From IMG/VR virus record IMGVR_UViG_3300027969_000046: a stretch of 64,000 nucleotides of DNA. One strand, given 5' to 3'. The translations under genes and the position numbers were made by a program. The notes under the pieces were generated by a model, which was not told the origin of the DNA, searched no databases, and saw only the letters and a list, made by a program, of their open reading frames with translations. This DNA is from a virus. Of this stretch, positions 47,898 through 57,144 are shown piece after piece. Each line of letters starts with the position of its first letter. The stretch's first letter is position 1.

Positions 47898-49769
47898 ATG
47901 GCTACACAAGTTCAAATACGAAGAGGTACAACCGCTCAGACTGCAGCATTTACTGGTGCAACGGCTGAGATTACTGTTGATTCCACAAAAAATACAATCG
48001 TTGTCCATGATGGGTCAACTGTTGGTGGTTTTGCTTTAGCTCGTGAAAGTGCATTATCTTCCAACGCCACATTCTCACAAGCTGCTTTTACACAGGCAAA
48101 CGCTGCCTTTTTACAAGCAAACACACCATCTTATACTTCTAATAGTGCCGCTAGTTATGCTAATAGTGCTTTTGTTACCGCTAATAGTGCCGGTGTTTAT
48201 GCTAATGCGGCCTTTGCAGCCGCTAATGCAGCTACTGCCACGGACACAACTCAGAACAATAATATTACCATTGCGTTTGCTCAAGCCAATGCAGCCTTTA
48301 CTGTTGCTAATAATGCGTTCACATCAACAAATGGTTCTTTTGCTTGGACAAATTCTAATGCGGCTTTTTTACAAGCAAACTCCGCATTTACAGTAGCAAA
48401 CGCAGCTCTTACATCAAGTAATGGTGCAATTGCTTGGTCTACCGCTAACTCAGCAGCCAGTTATGCCAATGCCGCTTTCTTGGCAGCCAATACTCCATCG
48501 TATGTTGCAAATTCTGCAGCTTCATATGGCAATTCAGCATTTGTAACCGCAAATTCTGCTGGTTTATATGCTAACTCCGCTTTCTTAGCAGCTAATACTC
48601 CAAGTTATACAGCAAACTCAGCGGCTAGTTACGCTAATGCAGCCTTTACTCGTGCTAACAATAGTATCAATGCAAATACTGGCGGTTCAATTACGGGTGA
48701 TTTAAGTATTACTGGTAACTTAACTGTTACTGGTAATACAACTTATACAAATACAGTAACAGTTTTAATTGGTGATAATATTATTGTATTAAATGCAGAT
48801 ATTTCACAAGCTGCACAACCAACAGAAAATGCCGGTATTGAAATTGACCGTGGTATTCAACCAAATTCTTCATTCTTATGGATTGAAACTTCTGGTAAAT
48901 GGGCAGCAAATAACGGAAATGGTTCAATATTCATTGCAGCTGATTCGGCAGAATCTTATGCTAATGCAGCTTTTGCAGCTGCCAATGCGGCTACAGCAAC
49001 TGATACAACACAAAACAATAATATTACGATTGCATTTACACAGGCAAATGCTGCCTTCTTGCAAGCTAATACTCCAAGTTATACGGCAAATAGTGCGGCC
49101 TCATATGCTAACTCAGCATTCCTTGCAGCTAACACTCCCTCATATACTGCTAACTCTGCGGCCAGTTATGCTAATGCGGCTTTCTTAGCTGCTAATGCGG
49201 CTACTGCAACAGATACTACTCAGAACGCTAGCATCACGGCTGCATTTACCGCAGCTAACGCTGGTTTCTTACAAGCAAATTCTGCCTTTACAGTAGCAAA
49301 TGCAGCCTTCACAAGTGGAAACGGATCAATAGCTTGGTCTACTGCCAACTCAGCAGCCAGTTATGCAAATAGTGGTTTTGCTACTGCAAACTCCGCTGGT
49401 TCATACGCAAATTCTGCTTTCTTGGCAGCCAATACTCCAAGTAATGTGGCAAATTCGGCCGCATCTTATGCCAATTCTGGATTTGCAGTTGCTAATAGTG
49501 CAGCTAGTTATGCAAACTCTGCTTTCTTAAAAGCAAATACACCAGATTATGTTGCTAACTCGGCAGCTAGTTATGCTAATGCAGCTTTCATTCAAGCAAA
49601 TACTGATTACACCACAATATCAACAACCGCAGGAACATATGGTAATGCATCTTATATTCCTGTGATTACTTTGGCTGCAAATGGCCGAGTTACTGCAATT
49701 ACAAATACAGCGGTTACTGCTGGTGCAACACTTGGTGATGTATTGGCACTCTCAATCGCATTAGGATAA
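47898..49769 (+). CDS. Fibre protein with Mtd-N-like N-terminus and long AN heptad repeats, ending ALSIALG
   Basis: QVQ.RRGT......FTG...E.TVD......VVHDG...GG; occupies the wac/fibritin position before gp13. Confidence 0.65.
   Translation: MATQVQIRRGTTAQTAAFTGATAEITVDSTKNTIVVHDGSTVGGFALARESALSSNATFSQAAFTQANAAFLQANTPSYTSNSAASYANSAFVTANSAGVYANAAFAAANAATATDTTQNNNITIAFAQANAAFTVANNAFTSTNGSFAWTNSNAAFLQANSAFTVANAALTSSNGAIAWSTANSAASYANAAFLAANTPSYVANSAASYGNSAFVTANSAGLYANSAFLAANTPSYTANSAASYANAAFTRANNSINANTGGSITGDLSITGNLTVTGNTTYTNTVTVLIGDNIIVLNADISQAAQPTENAGIEIDRGIQPNSSFLWIETSGKWAANNGNGSIFIAADSAESYANAAFAAANAATATDTTQNNNITIAFTQANAAFLQANTPSYTANSAASYANSAFLAANTPSYTANSAASYANAAFLAANAATATDTTQNASITAAFTAANAGFLQANSAFTVANAAFTSGNGSIAWSTANSAASYANSGFATANSAGSYANSAFLAANTPSNVANSAASYANSGFAVANSAASYANSAFLKANTPDYVANSAASYANAAFIQANTDYTTISTTAGTYGNASYIPVITLAANGRVTAITNTAVTAGATLGDVLALSIALG
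48633..48686 (+). repeat. 54-bp perfect direct repeat, copy 2
   Basis: Identical to 45261-45314. Confidence 0.9.
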
Positions 49770-49772
49770 AAC

Positions 49773-50726
49773 ATGGCAAAACCAAATTCAAGAGCGGAAC
49801 TTGCACTATATTGTAAAAGAAAACTTGGTTTTCCAGTTATTGATATTAATGTGGATGACGACCAAGTAGATGACCGCATAGACGAAGCTCTACAATTCTT
49901 TGAAGATTACCACTTTGATGGTACTGAAAAAATTTATATGAAGCACCAAATTACGGTAGAAGATATTAATCGCCGTTGGATTTACGCACCTGATGCCGTT
50001 ACATTTGTAACTGGTGTATTTCCATTTGATGCTTCAAACGCCTCAGTCAATATGTTTGACTTGCGTTATCAATTACGATTGCATGACCTCTATGACTTCA
50101 CATCGGTATCGTATGTGTCATATGAAATTACTATGCAACATATTCGTACCTTGAATCTATTGTTTTCTGGTACACCACAGTTTAGATTTAATCGTAAACA
50201 AAACAAAGTATTCCTTGACATCAATTGGGATAGTGATTTGCAGCCAGGTCAATATGTTATTGTTGAATGTTATCGCACATTAAATCCATCCACTATTACC
50301 TTAACTGGTACTTGTGCAACTACAAATGCTTCTAACACAGTAGTTGGTACAAATACAATTTTTGACCAAGAAGTTTTAGAAAATGACTTTGTTACATTTG
50401 GTAATCAACTATTACAGATTGCTAAAATTAATTCACCAACATCTATTACAGTTCGTGGCCCGTTTACAGCAAATCAATCTGGTGTAACAATGACTGCTGC
50501 TGGATATTCTGATATTTGGAACGATAGATTTTTAAAACAATATACTACTGCATTAATTAAATATCAATGGGGTAGTAATTTGAGTAAATTTGCTGGCATA
50601 CAATTGCCAGGTGGTATAACACTTGATGGTCCCCGTATTATGCAAGAAGCACAGGTTGAAATTGATAAACTTGAAGAACAAATCCATGTTATCAATGTAT
50701 TGCCTGGCGAAATTATGATGGGTTAA
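49773..50726 (+). CDS. gp13: Neck protein gp13
   Basis: YC.R.LG.PVI.INV..DQ..DRI..ALQ....YHFDG and QWG.NL.KF.G..LPGG..L.G. Confidence 0.95.
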   Translation: MAKPNSRAELALYCKRKLGFPVIDINVDDDQVDDRIDEALQFFEDYHFDGTEKIYMKHQITVEDINRRWIYAPDAVTFVTGVFPFDASNASVNMFDLRYQLRLHDLYDFTSVSYVSYEITMQHIRTLNLLFSGTPQFRFNRKQNKVFLDINWDSDLQPGQYVIVECYRTLNPSTITLTGTCATTNASNTVVGTNTIFDQEVLENDFVTFGNQLLQIAKINSPTSITVRGPFTANQSGVTMTAAGYSDIWNDRFLKQYTTALIKYQWGSNLSKFAGIQLPGGITLDGPRIMQEAQVEIDKLEEQIHVINVLPGEIMMG

Positions 50727-50732
50727 TCGTGA

Positions 50733-51626
50733 ATGTCCACAAATTTTTACTTCAATAACTTTCCAATAAATCAAATTACCAGCGAGCAATTGCTGGTGGA
50801 AGACCTTGTTATTGAGGCTATGCAAATCAATGGCATGGATGTTTATTATCTTCCAAGGTCAACTCGTGATTCAGTTGATTTATTATATGGTGAAGATACA
50901 TTAAAACAATATGTTTCAGCTTATTCAATTGAGATGTATTTGGAAGATGTTACAGGTATGGAAGGTGAAGGTGACTTTATCTCCAAATTTGGTTTAGAAA
51001 TTCGGGACGAAATGACAATGCTCATGTCCCGCAGAAGATTTGCGGCAACAGTAAATCAACTCCGCCCATTTGAAGGCGATTTAATTTATGTTCCATTACT
51101 ACAAAACTTTTTTGAAATTACTTTTGTAGAACACGAAAATAATCAAGCCATGTTCTATACATTAGGCCGTGGTCGTGGTGGTAATGTATATGTTTATGCT
51201 TTAAAGATGAAACAGTTTGTATTCTCTAATGAGGTTATTCAAACTGGTATTGCAGAAATTGATGACCAAATTAGAGATACTTATCCAAGAACTCGCCTTA
51301 CACTAAATGCCGGTGGTTCTGGTTCATATCGTAATGATGAAATTGTATTTGTAAGTGCTGATGCCACATATGCTAATTGTACCGCACAAGCACTTGTTCA
51401 TAATTATGTAACTGGTTCTTCTGTTGATGTTTACAGAGTTCGTGGAACATTTGGTTCTGGTTCGTTAAGGGGCAATACAAGTAATGCCGTATGGACATTG
51501 AATACTGTTTCTGATACTGCTACGATGGATAATGCCTTTGAAGATATTGTTGATAACAATAGACTTGAAACTGAATCTGATTCTATCCTTGATTTTACAG
51601 AACATAACCCATTTGGTGAAGCCTAA
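50733..51626 (+). CDS. gp14: Neck protein gp14
   Basis: EQ.L.EDL..E.....G.DVYY.PR, SKFG, P.EGDL.Y.P, FEI.FVE and NPFG. Confidence 0.95.
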   Translation: MSTNFYFNNFPINQITSEQLLVEDLVIEAMQINGMDVYYLPRSTRDSVDLLYGEDTLKQYVSAYSIEMYLEDVTGMEGEGDFISKFGLEIRDEMTMLMSRRRFAATVNQLRPFEGDLIYVPLLQNFFEITFVEHENNQAMFYTLGRGRGGNVYVYALKMKQFVFSNEVIQTGIAEIDDQIRDTYPRTRLTLNAGGSGSYRNDEIVFVSADATYANCTAQALVHNYVTGSSVDVYRVRGTFGSGSLRGNTSNAVWTLNTVSDTATMDNAFEDIVDNNRLETESDSILDFTEHNPFGEA

Positions 51627-52630
51627 TGCTAAGTAATCCACATTTCTATAATCGTACCATTCGTAAGATTGTGGTGGCTTTTGGCACTATGTTTAATGAT
51701 GTTCAATTGGTTCGTTATTCAAAAGACGGTCTAACACCATATGAAATAACCAAAGTTCCATTGTCATATGGTGCCAAAGAAAAATACTTAACTCGCATTA
51801 CATCGGATCCAAATCTTACAAAATCTATTGCAACACTTGTACCTCGCATGAGTTTTGATTTGGTTGGAATGACATACGATTCTTCCAGAAAACAACAAAC
51901 CACAATGCAGAATTTTGGGTTTAGTTCTGGTAAATTTGCTAAACAATATGTTCCTATTCCTTACAATTTTGATTTTAGTTTGTCCATCTATGTTCGTAAT
52001 ACAGAAGATGGCACACAAATTTTAGAGCAAATTCTTCCATTTTTCACGCCAGATTTTACAGTTACAGTAGATTTTATTGGAAAAATGGATCAAAAGTATG
52101 ATATGCCCGTTCTTCTTAATTCAGTAACTCCTGAAACTGATTATGAAGGCGACATGATGAACACTCGTTTAGTTATTTGGAATTTAACATTTACTGCAAA
52201 AGCATATATTTGGCCACCAGTTTATACTGATAATGATAAAGGCTTAATTAAACAAGCAAATACCAATATATACTCTGACCATACCAATTTGGATGCTCAA
52301 AGAGTATATGTCAACTTTGCAACTGGTAAAGGTGTTTATACCACAGGTGAAGATATTAATATAGTTGCTAAAGGCATTACAGGTAAAGTTTTATACTTTA
52401 GTAATACTTCCACTGGCGTTTTAGTTTTAACAGATTTGAGTGATAGAGTTAGCGCTAATGACAAAGTTGTTGGCGTATATTCTAATGCTTCATTCACAAT
52501 CAGTAGTGTAGATAAAACGACAACAAAAACAGCTATCATTATTACTACTATAAATCCACCAACGGCAAATGTAAATGAGCCTTATGGATTTGAAGAAACA
52601 TTTATTAATTGGCCAAACACTTTGATATGA
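51626..52630 (+). CDS. gp15: Tail sheath stabilizer/terminator gp15
   Basis: FY...IR..V..FG..FN, VPL.Y...EK, PR.SF and QI.EQILP.F.P. Confidence 0.95.
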   Translation: MLSNPHFYNRTIRKIVVAFGTMFNDVQLVRYSKDGLTPYEITKVPLSYGAKEKYLTRITSDPNLTKSIATLVPRMSFDLVGMTYDSSRKQQTTMQNFGFSSGKFAKQYVPIPYNFDFSLSIYVRNTEDGTQILEQILPFFTPDFTVTVDFIGKMDQKYDMPVLLNSVTPETDYEGDMMNTRLVIWNLTFTAKAYIWPPVYTDNDKGLIKQANTNIYSDHTNLDAQRVYVNFATGKGVYTTGEDINIVAKGITGKVLYFSNTSTGVLVLTDLSDRVSANDKVVGVYSNASFTISSVDKTTTKTAIIITTINPPTANVNEPYGFEETFINWPNTLI

Positions 52631-53031
52631 AAAAACTAAATGATAACCTGTCTGAAATCTTTGACATTGAACCAATAGAAAAAACAACAATGCCTGTAAC
52701 AATACAGGCAACTGAGGTTGTGGTTGGTGATGAAGTTGAAACTGATTCTGCATTAGCCAGAAAGAACATTAAAAGTTTACTAGATAAAGGTAGTGGTGCT
52801 ATTGATAATCTGTTATTAGTGGCACAAGAATCTGAGCATCCTAGGGCATATGAGGTTGCCGCCAATTTTATTAAAGTATTGGCAGATTTAAATAAAGACC
52901 TTTTAGAAGTGCAAAAGAAAAAGTCTGATTTGCGTCCAACGCAAACAACAAACCAGTCAATCAATGTAGAGAAGGCAGTATTTGTCGGTTCTACCGCAGA
53001 ATTATTGAAACAAATTAGAGAGAATAAATAG
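52627..53031 (+). CDS. gp16: Terminase small subunit gp16
   Basis: AR.N...L...G, A..SEHPRAYEV and VFVGST.EL; ATGA overlap start. Confidence 0.93.
   Translation: MKKLNDNLSEIFDIEPIEKTTMPVTIQATEVVVGDEVETDSALARKNIKSLLDKGSGAIDNLLLVAQESEHPRAYEVAANFIKVLADLNKDLLEVQKKKSDLRPTQTTNQSINVEKAVFVGSTAELLKQIRENK
53023..53030 (+). promoter_or_regulatory. Late promoter variant AATAAATA before dps
   Basis: 5 nt upstream of the Dps ATG, overlapping the end of gp16. Confidence 0.5.
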
Positions 53032-53035
53032 GATT

Positions 53036-53473
53036 ATGGAACAATTAATTCAACAACTTAAAGTAATCTTAGGTACTAACTTTGCGTTATATCTAAAGAG
53101 CCACAACTATCATTGGAATATTGAAGGTTCAAATTTTCCACAATACCATTCTTTTCTAGATGGATTTTATAATGATGTATGGGCACAAACGGATGATATT
53201 GCAGAGCATTTACGCCGTTTAGATTCTTATGCGCCAGGTTCTATGGAAAGATTTTTAGAATTGGCAGACATTGAAGAAGCAGTAGATGTTATTCCTTCTG
53301 CAATTTCTATGATGCAAAATTTAAAATCAGATAATGACCGATACATTGTTCATCTTCGTGCAGGTATTGTTGCAGCCAATCAAGCAGATGAACCTGCTGT
53401 TGGTAATTTTTTACAAGACCTTCTTGGTGCTCACCAGAAGAAAGCGTGGATGTTGAGAAGTATTACTAAGTAA
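53036..53473 (+). CDS. dps: Dps / DNA-binding ferritin-like protein
   Basis: K.HNYHWN..G..F...H.F....Y......D..AE..R and H.K..WML ferroxidase-centre signature. Confidence 0.9.
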   Translation: MEQLIQQLKVILGTNFALYLKSHNYHWNIEGSNFPQYHSFLDGFYNDVWAQTDDIAEHLRRLDSYAPGSMERFLELADIEEAVDVIPSAISMMQNLKSDNDRYIVHLRAGIVAANQADEPAVGNFLQDLLGAHQKKAWMLRSITK

Positions 53474-53479
53474 TATTGA

Positions 53480-55174
53480 ATGATTAATAATGGTTATAAT
53501 GGTAATGCAAGTCTAAAACGAGCCGGTATAGAAATATCCTATACCGAGGAGCAAATTTTAGAAGTTGCAAAGTGTGTTGAGGATCCTGTATATTTTATTG
53601 ATAACTACTGTTACATTGTAACACTAGACCACGGTATACAGCCATTCAAACTCTACGATTGCCAAAAAGAAAAGATTAAATTAATCCATGATAACCGAAA
53701 GGTTATTCTTATGGAAGGTCGTCAGCAAGGTAAAACAACCTCAGCTGCTGCCTATATTCTTTGGTATACATTATTTCAAGATTCTAAAACTGTAGCCGTT
53801 CTTGCTAACAAAGCATCAACTGCTCGTGAGATTATGTCACGGTATCAGTTAATGTTTGAGCATTTACCAGCATGGATGCAACAAGGTATTAAGACATGGA
53901 ACAAAGGTGACATTGAACTAGAAAATGGTTCAATTGTCTTTACTGCTGCTACAACTGCTGCTGGCATTCGTGGTAAATCCGTTAACTTATTGTATATTGA
54001 CGAAGCCGCAATCATTCCAAATACTGTTGCTGATGCTTTTTTTACTGCGGTATATCCAGTTATCTCTGCCGGTCAGACAACAAAGATTCTGATTACCTCA
54101 ACACCACTTGGTTATAATCACTTTTGGAAATTTTGGAATGATGCGGTTAATGGCAACAATGACTTTGTGCCAATGTTTATTCCATATTCTCAGATTCCAG
54201 GCAGAGATGAGAAGTGGGCTTTAGAACAACGCAGACAACTAGGTGACTTAAAATACAACCAGGAAGTTCTATGCAAGTTCCTAGGTTCGTCCCTTACATT
54301 AATCAACTCGGACGCTATCGAATATATGTCGACCTGTCCAACAGTCTATTCTAAAGATGGGTTGGATTTGTATGATTATCCAGTTAAGGGTGAGAGAAAC
54401 GACAATGAGGAACTAATCAAGAAGCCTCATAGTTATGTTATTGTTGCCGATACTGCCAAAGGAGTTGGCGGTGACTACTCGGCATTTGTTATTATAGATA
54501 TTACAGAGGTACCTTATAAGTTAGTTGGTAAGTATAGGGACAACAAGATTGCGCCTATGCTATATCCAAGTATTATACATAAGGTAGCTAAAGACTATAA
54601 TATGGCCTATGTTTTGATTGAGATTAATTCATCAGAACAGGTTGCACATATTATGCACAACGAACTAGAATACGAAAACATTGTTTTTGTAAATAGAAAC
54701 ACCAAGAGTGGCCAGGTAGTATCTGGTGGTTTTGGTGGTGGTAAGACACAGTTGGGTGTTCAAACCGATAAAAGAGTGAAACGAATTGGTTGTTTTACTT
54801 TTAAAGCCTTGGTAGAAGAAAGAAAACTTTTGATTACCGATGCTGACACCATTTCAGAAATATCAACCTTTATTCAAGTAAGGGATAGTTATGAGGCTGA
54901 TGATGGTTACCATGATGACTTAGTAATGCCGTTGGTTTTGTTTAGTTGGTTAACAACAAACCCCTACTTTAAGGAGTTGAACAATGTCAATTTGCGTGAA
55001 GCAATGTACCAAGAAAGAATAAAACAAATCGAAGATGAAGTGGTTCCGTTTGGATTTGTATTGACAGGAACCGAAGAAGAATATGATGTAGATTCTGGTG
55101 ATGTATGGCGGCAAGATAGAGGAGATTCAGATAAACCTCAACTTCCAGCTGGTTACCTAACCTCAAATCTATAA
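53480..55174 (+). CDS. gp17: Terminase large subunit gp17
   Basis: RQ.GKT Walker A, YIDE Walker B, STP.G.NHF, D.A.G.G.DYS and HDDLVM. Confidence 0.98.
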   Translation: MINNGYNGNASLKRAGIEISYTEEQILEVAKCVEDPVYFIDNYCYIVTLDHGIQPFKLYDCQKEKIKLIHDNRKVILMEGRQQGKTTSAAAYILWYTLFQDSKTVAVLANKASTAREIMSRYQLMFEHLPAWMQQGIKTWNKGDIELENGSIVFTAATTAAGIRGKSVNLLYIDEAAIIPNTVADAFFTAVYPVISAGQTTKILITSTPLGYNHFWKFWNDAVNGNNDFVPMFIPYSQIPGRDEKWALEQRRQLGDLKYNQEVLCKFLGSSLTLINSDAIEYMSTCPTVYSKDGLDLYDYPVKGERNDNEELIKKPHSYVIVADTAKGVGGDYSAFVIIDITEVPYKLVGKYRDNKIAPMLYPSIIHKVAKDYNMAYVLIEINSSEQVAHIMHNELEYENIVFVNRNTKSGQVVSGGFGGGKTQLGVQTDKRVKRIGCFTFKALVEERKLLITDADTISEISTFIQVRDSYEADDGYHDDLVMPLVLFSWLTTNPYFKELNNVNLREAMYQERIKQIEDEVVPFGFVLTGTEEEYDVDSGDVWRQDRGDSDKPQLPAGYLTSNL

Positions 55175-55177
55175 AAA

Positions 55178-55185
55178 ACTAAATA
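55178..55185 (+). promoter_or_regulatory. Late promoter variant ACTAAATA before gp18
   Basis: Intergenic, upstream of AAGGAG SD. Confidence 0.7.
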
Positions 55186-55227
55186 GTCTATAAAGAAAAA
55201 ATTGACCCGTAAACTAAGGAGAAATCC

Positions 55228-57120
55228 ATGGCATTTCAGCTATCACCAGGGGTAAATGTATCAGAAATCGACCTGACTACAATTGTCCCTTCAGTCGCTA
55301 CTTCAATTGGTGGCATCGCTGGAAATTTCAACTGGGGTCCAGTAAATGAAGTCGTTACCATTTCTGACGAGATTCGTCTTGTCAATCGTTTTGGTAAACC
55401 AGACTCTACAAATTATGAAAACTGGTTCCCAGCTGCAAACTTCCTTGCATATTCAAATAATTTAAAAATTGTTCGAGCTGCAAACACAACCTCTACTCTT
55501 AATGCTACTGCTAACGCATCTGGTATTTTGATTAAAAATAATGATGATTACATAGCAAATCGTGAAACTGCAACTAACACAACATACGGTCCATATGCGG
55601 CTAAGTATGCTGGTGTTTTAGGAAACACTTTGCGTGTTTCTATTTGCCCATCATCACAAGCTTATTCATCTAACTTGACTGTTACCAACACAACTGTTGT
55701 AACTTCAAACGGCACAAGTAATACTTCTGTTACAGTTACAGGTTCTCCTGTTGCTAACTTGTATATTGGTGACCTTGTTTCTTTTGACGGCGGTGTATCA
55801 TACACTCGCACAACCAATGTTTCTTCAAGTTTCATCAATGTGGCATCTGCCGTTGCTGTTACTGCTGGCGCTGCTGTATTGCGTAAATGGCAATATGCAG
55901 ACCAGTTTGGTGTTGCTCCCGGCACATCATCTTATGCTACTAGTGTTAATGGTTCTGGAGATGAATGCCATGTTATTGTTGTTGACGAAGATGGTCAATT
56001 CTCAGGTGCTGCTAATACAGTATTAGAAAAGTTTGCTTTTGCTTCTAAAGCATCTGATGCTATTAGTGATAGTGGTGATACAAATTACTACAAAACAGTT
56101 ATCAATAGCCAATCACAATACATTTGGTGGTTAGGTCATCAGCCTGGTGCTACAAATTGGGGCAATACTGCTTCTGGAATAACATTCACAAATGTTAATA
56201 CTCCATTTACAGCATCATTAGGTGCTGGTGCAGATGGTACAATTGGTAACTCTGAAATTATTACTGCATATGGTTACTTTGCTAATGCTGATGTTGTAGA
56301 TGTTTCCTTGTTAATCTCTGGTTCAGGCAATGCTACTGTTGCAACAAGTTTAATTTCTACTGCTGAATCTCGCAAAGATTTGTTAGTATTCTTGTCACCA
56401 ACTAAAGCATCTGTTGTTAATAATGCTAACGCAGAAGCAACTGCAATTCTTGCTTATCGCAATAGTTTGACCAGTTCTTCATACGCTGTATTAGATTCTG
56501 GTTACAAATATCAGTTTGACAAATACAATAATGTATATCGTTGGGTTCCATTAAATGGTGATATTGCAGGCACTTGTGCTCGCACAGACCTTGAGCGTGA
56601 TCCATGGTATTCACCAGGTGGTTTAAGCCGTGGTGTTATCAAGAATGTAATCAAATTGGCATACAATCCAAACAAAACTGACCGTGATAACCTCTATGTT
56701 CAAGGTATAAATCCTGTTGTAACATTCCAAGGTGAAGGCACAATTCTTTACGGTGACAAAACCATGTTGGCAAAACCATCTGCGTTTGACCGTATCAATG
56801 TTCGCCGTCTGTTTATTGTGTTAGAGAAATCAATCGCTAAGGCTGCTCGTTCAACCTTGTTTGAATTCAATGACCAATTCACTCGTGCTCAGTTTGTAAA
56901 CTTAGTAGAACCATTCTTGCGTGATGTTCAAGGACGCCGTGGTATTACCGACTTCCGTGTAGTTTGCGATACAACAAACAACACAGCTGAAGTTATTGAT
57001 GGTAACCGTTTTGTAGGCGACATCTACATCAAACCAGCTCGTTCAATCAACTTTATCCAACTTAACTTTGTGGCAGTTCGCACAGGTGTAAGTTTCGATG
57101 AAATTGTTGGCCGGTTCTAA
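55228..57120 (+). CDS. gp18: Tail sheath protein gp18
   Basis: SPGV...E.DLT, WGP, PW.SP.G, FDRINVRRLF and IKP.RSINFI.LNF.A. Confidence 0.98.
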   Translation: MAFQLSPGVNVSEIDLTTIVPSVATSIGGIAGNFNWGPVNEVVTISDEIRLVNRFGKPDSTNYENWFPAANFLAYSNNLKIVRAANTTSTLNATANASGILIKNNDDYIANRETATNTTYGPYAAKYAGVLGNTLRVSICPSSQAYSSNLTVTNTTVVTSNGTSNTSVTVTGSPVANLYIGDLVSFDGGVSYTRTTNVSSSFINVASAVAVTAGAAVLRKWQYADQFGVAPGTSSYATSVNGSGDECHVIVVDEDGQFSGAANTVLEKFAFASKASDAISDSGDTNYYKTVINSQSQYIWWLGHQPGATNWGNTASGITFTNVNTPFTASLGAGADGTIGNSEIITAYGYFANADVVDVSLLISGSGNATVATSLISTAESRKDLLVFLSPTKASVVNNANAEATAILAYRNSLTSSSYAVLDSGYKYQFDKYNNVYRWVPLNGDIAGTCARTDLERDPWYSPGGLSRGVIKNVIKLAYNPNKTDRDNLYVQGINPVVTFQGEGTILYGDKTMLAKPSAFDRINVRRLFIVLEKSIAKAARSTLFEFNDQFTRAQFVNLVEPFLRDVQGRRGITDFRVVCDTTNNTAEVIDGNRFVGDIYIKPARSINFIQLNFVAVRTGVSFDEIVGRF

Positions 57121-57126
57121 TAAATA
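57119..57126 (+). promoter_or_regulatory. Late promoter variant AATAAATA before gp19
   Basis: Lies between gp18 and gp19. Confidence 0.6.
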
Positions 57127-57144
57127 GAGAGATAGGAGAAAACA

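Noticed and set aside
41480-49620. Repeat arrays that could look like CRISPR or satellite DNA
   Set aside because: They are degenerate in-frame codon repeats of a peptide motif, with no constant repeat-unique spacer structure.
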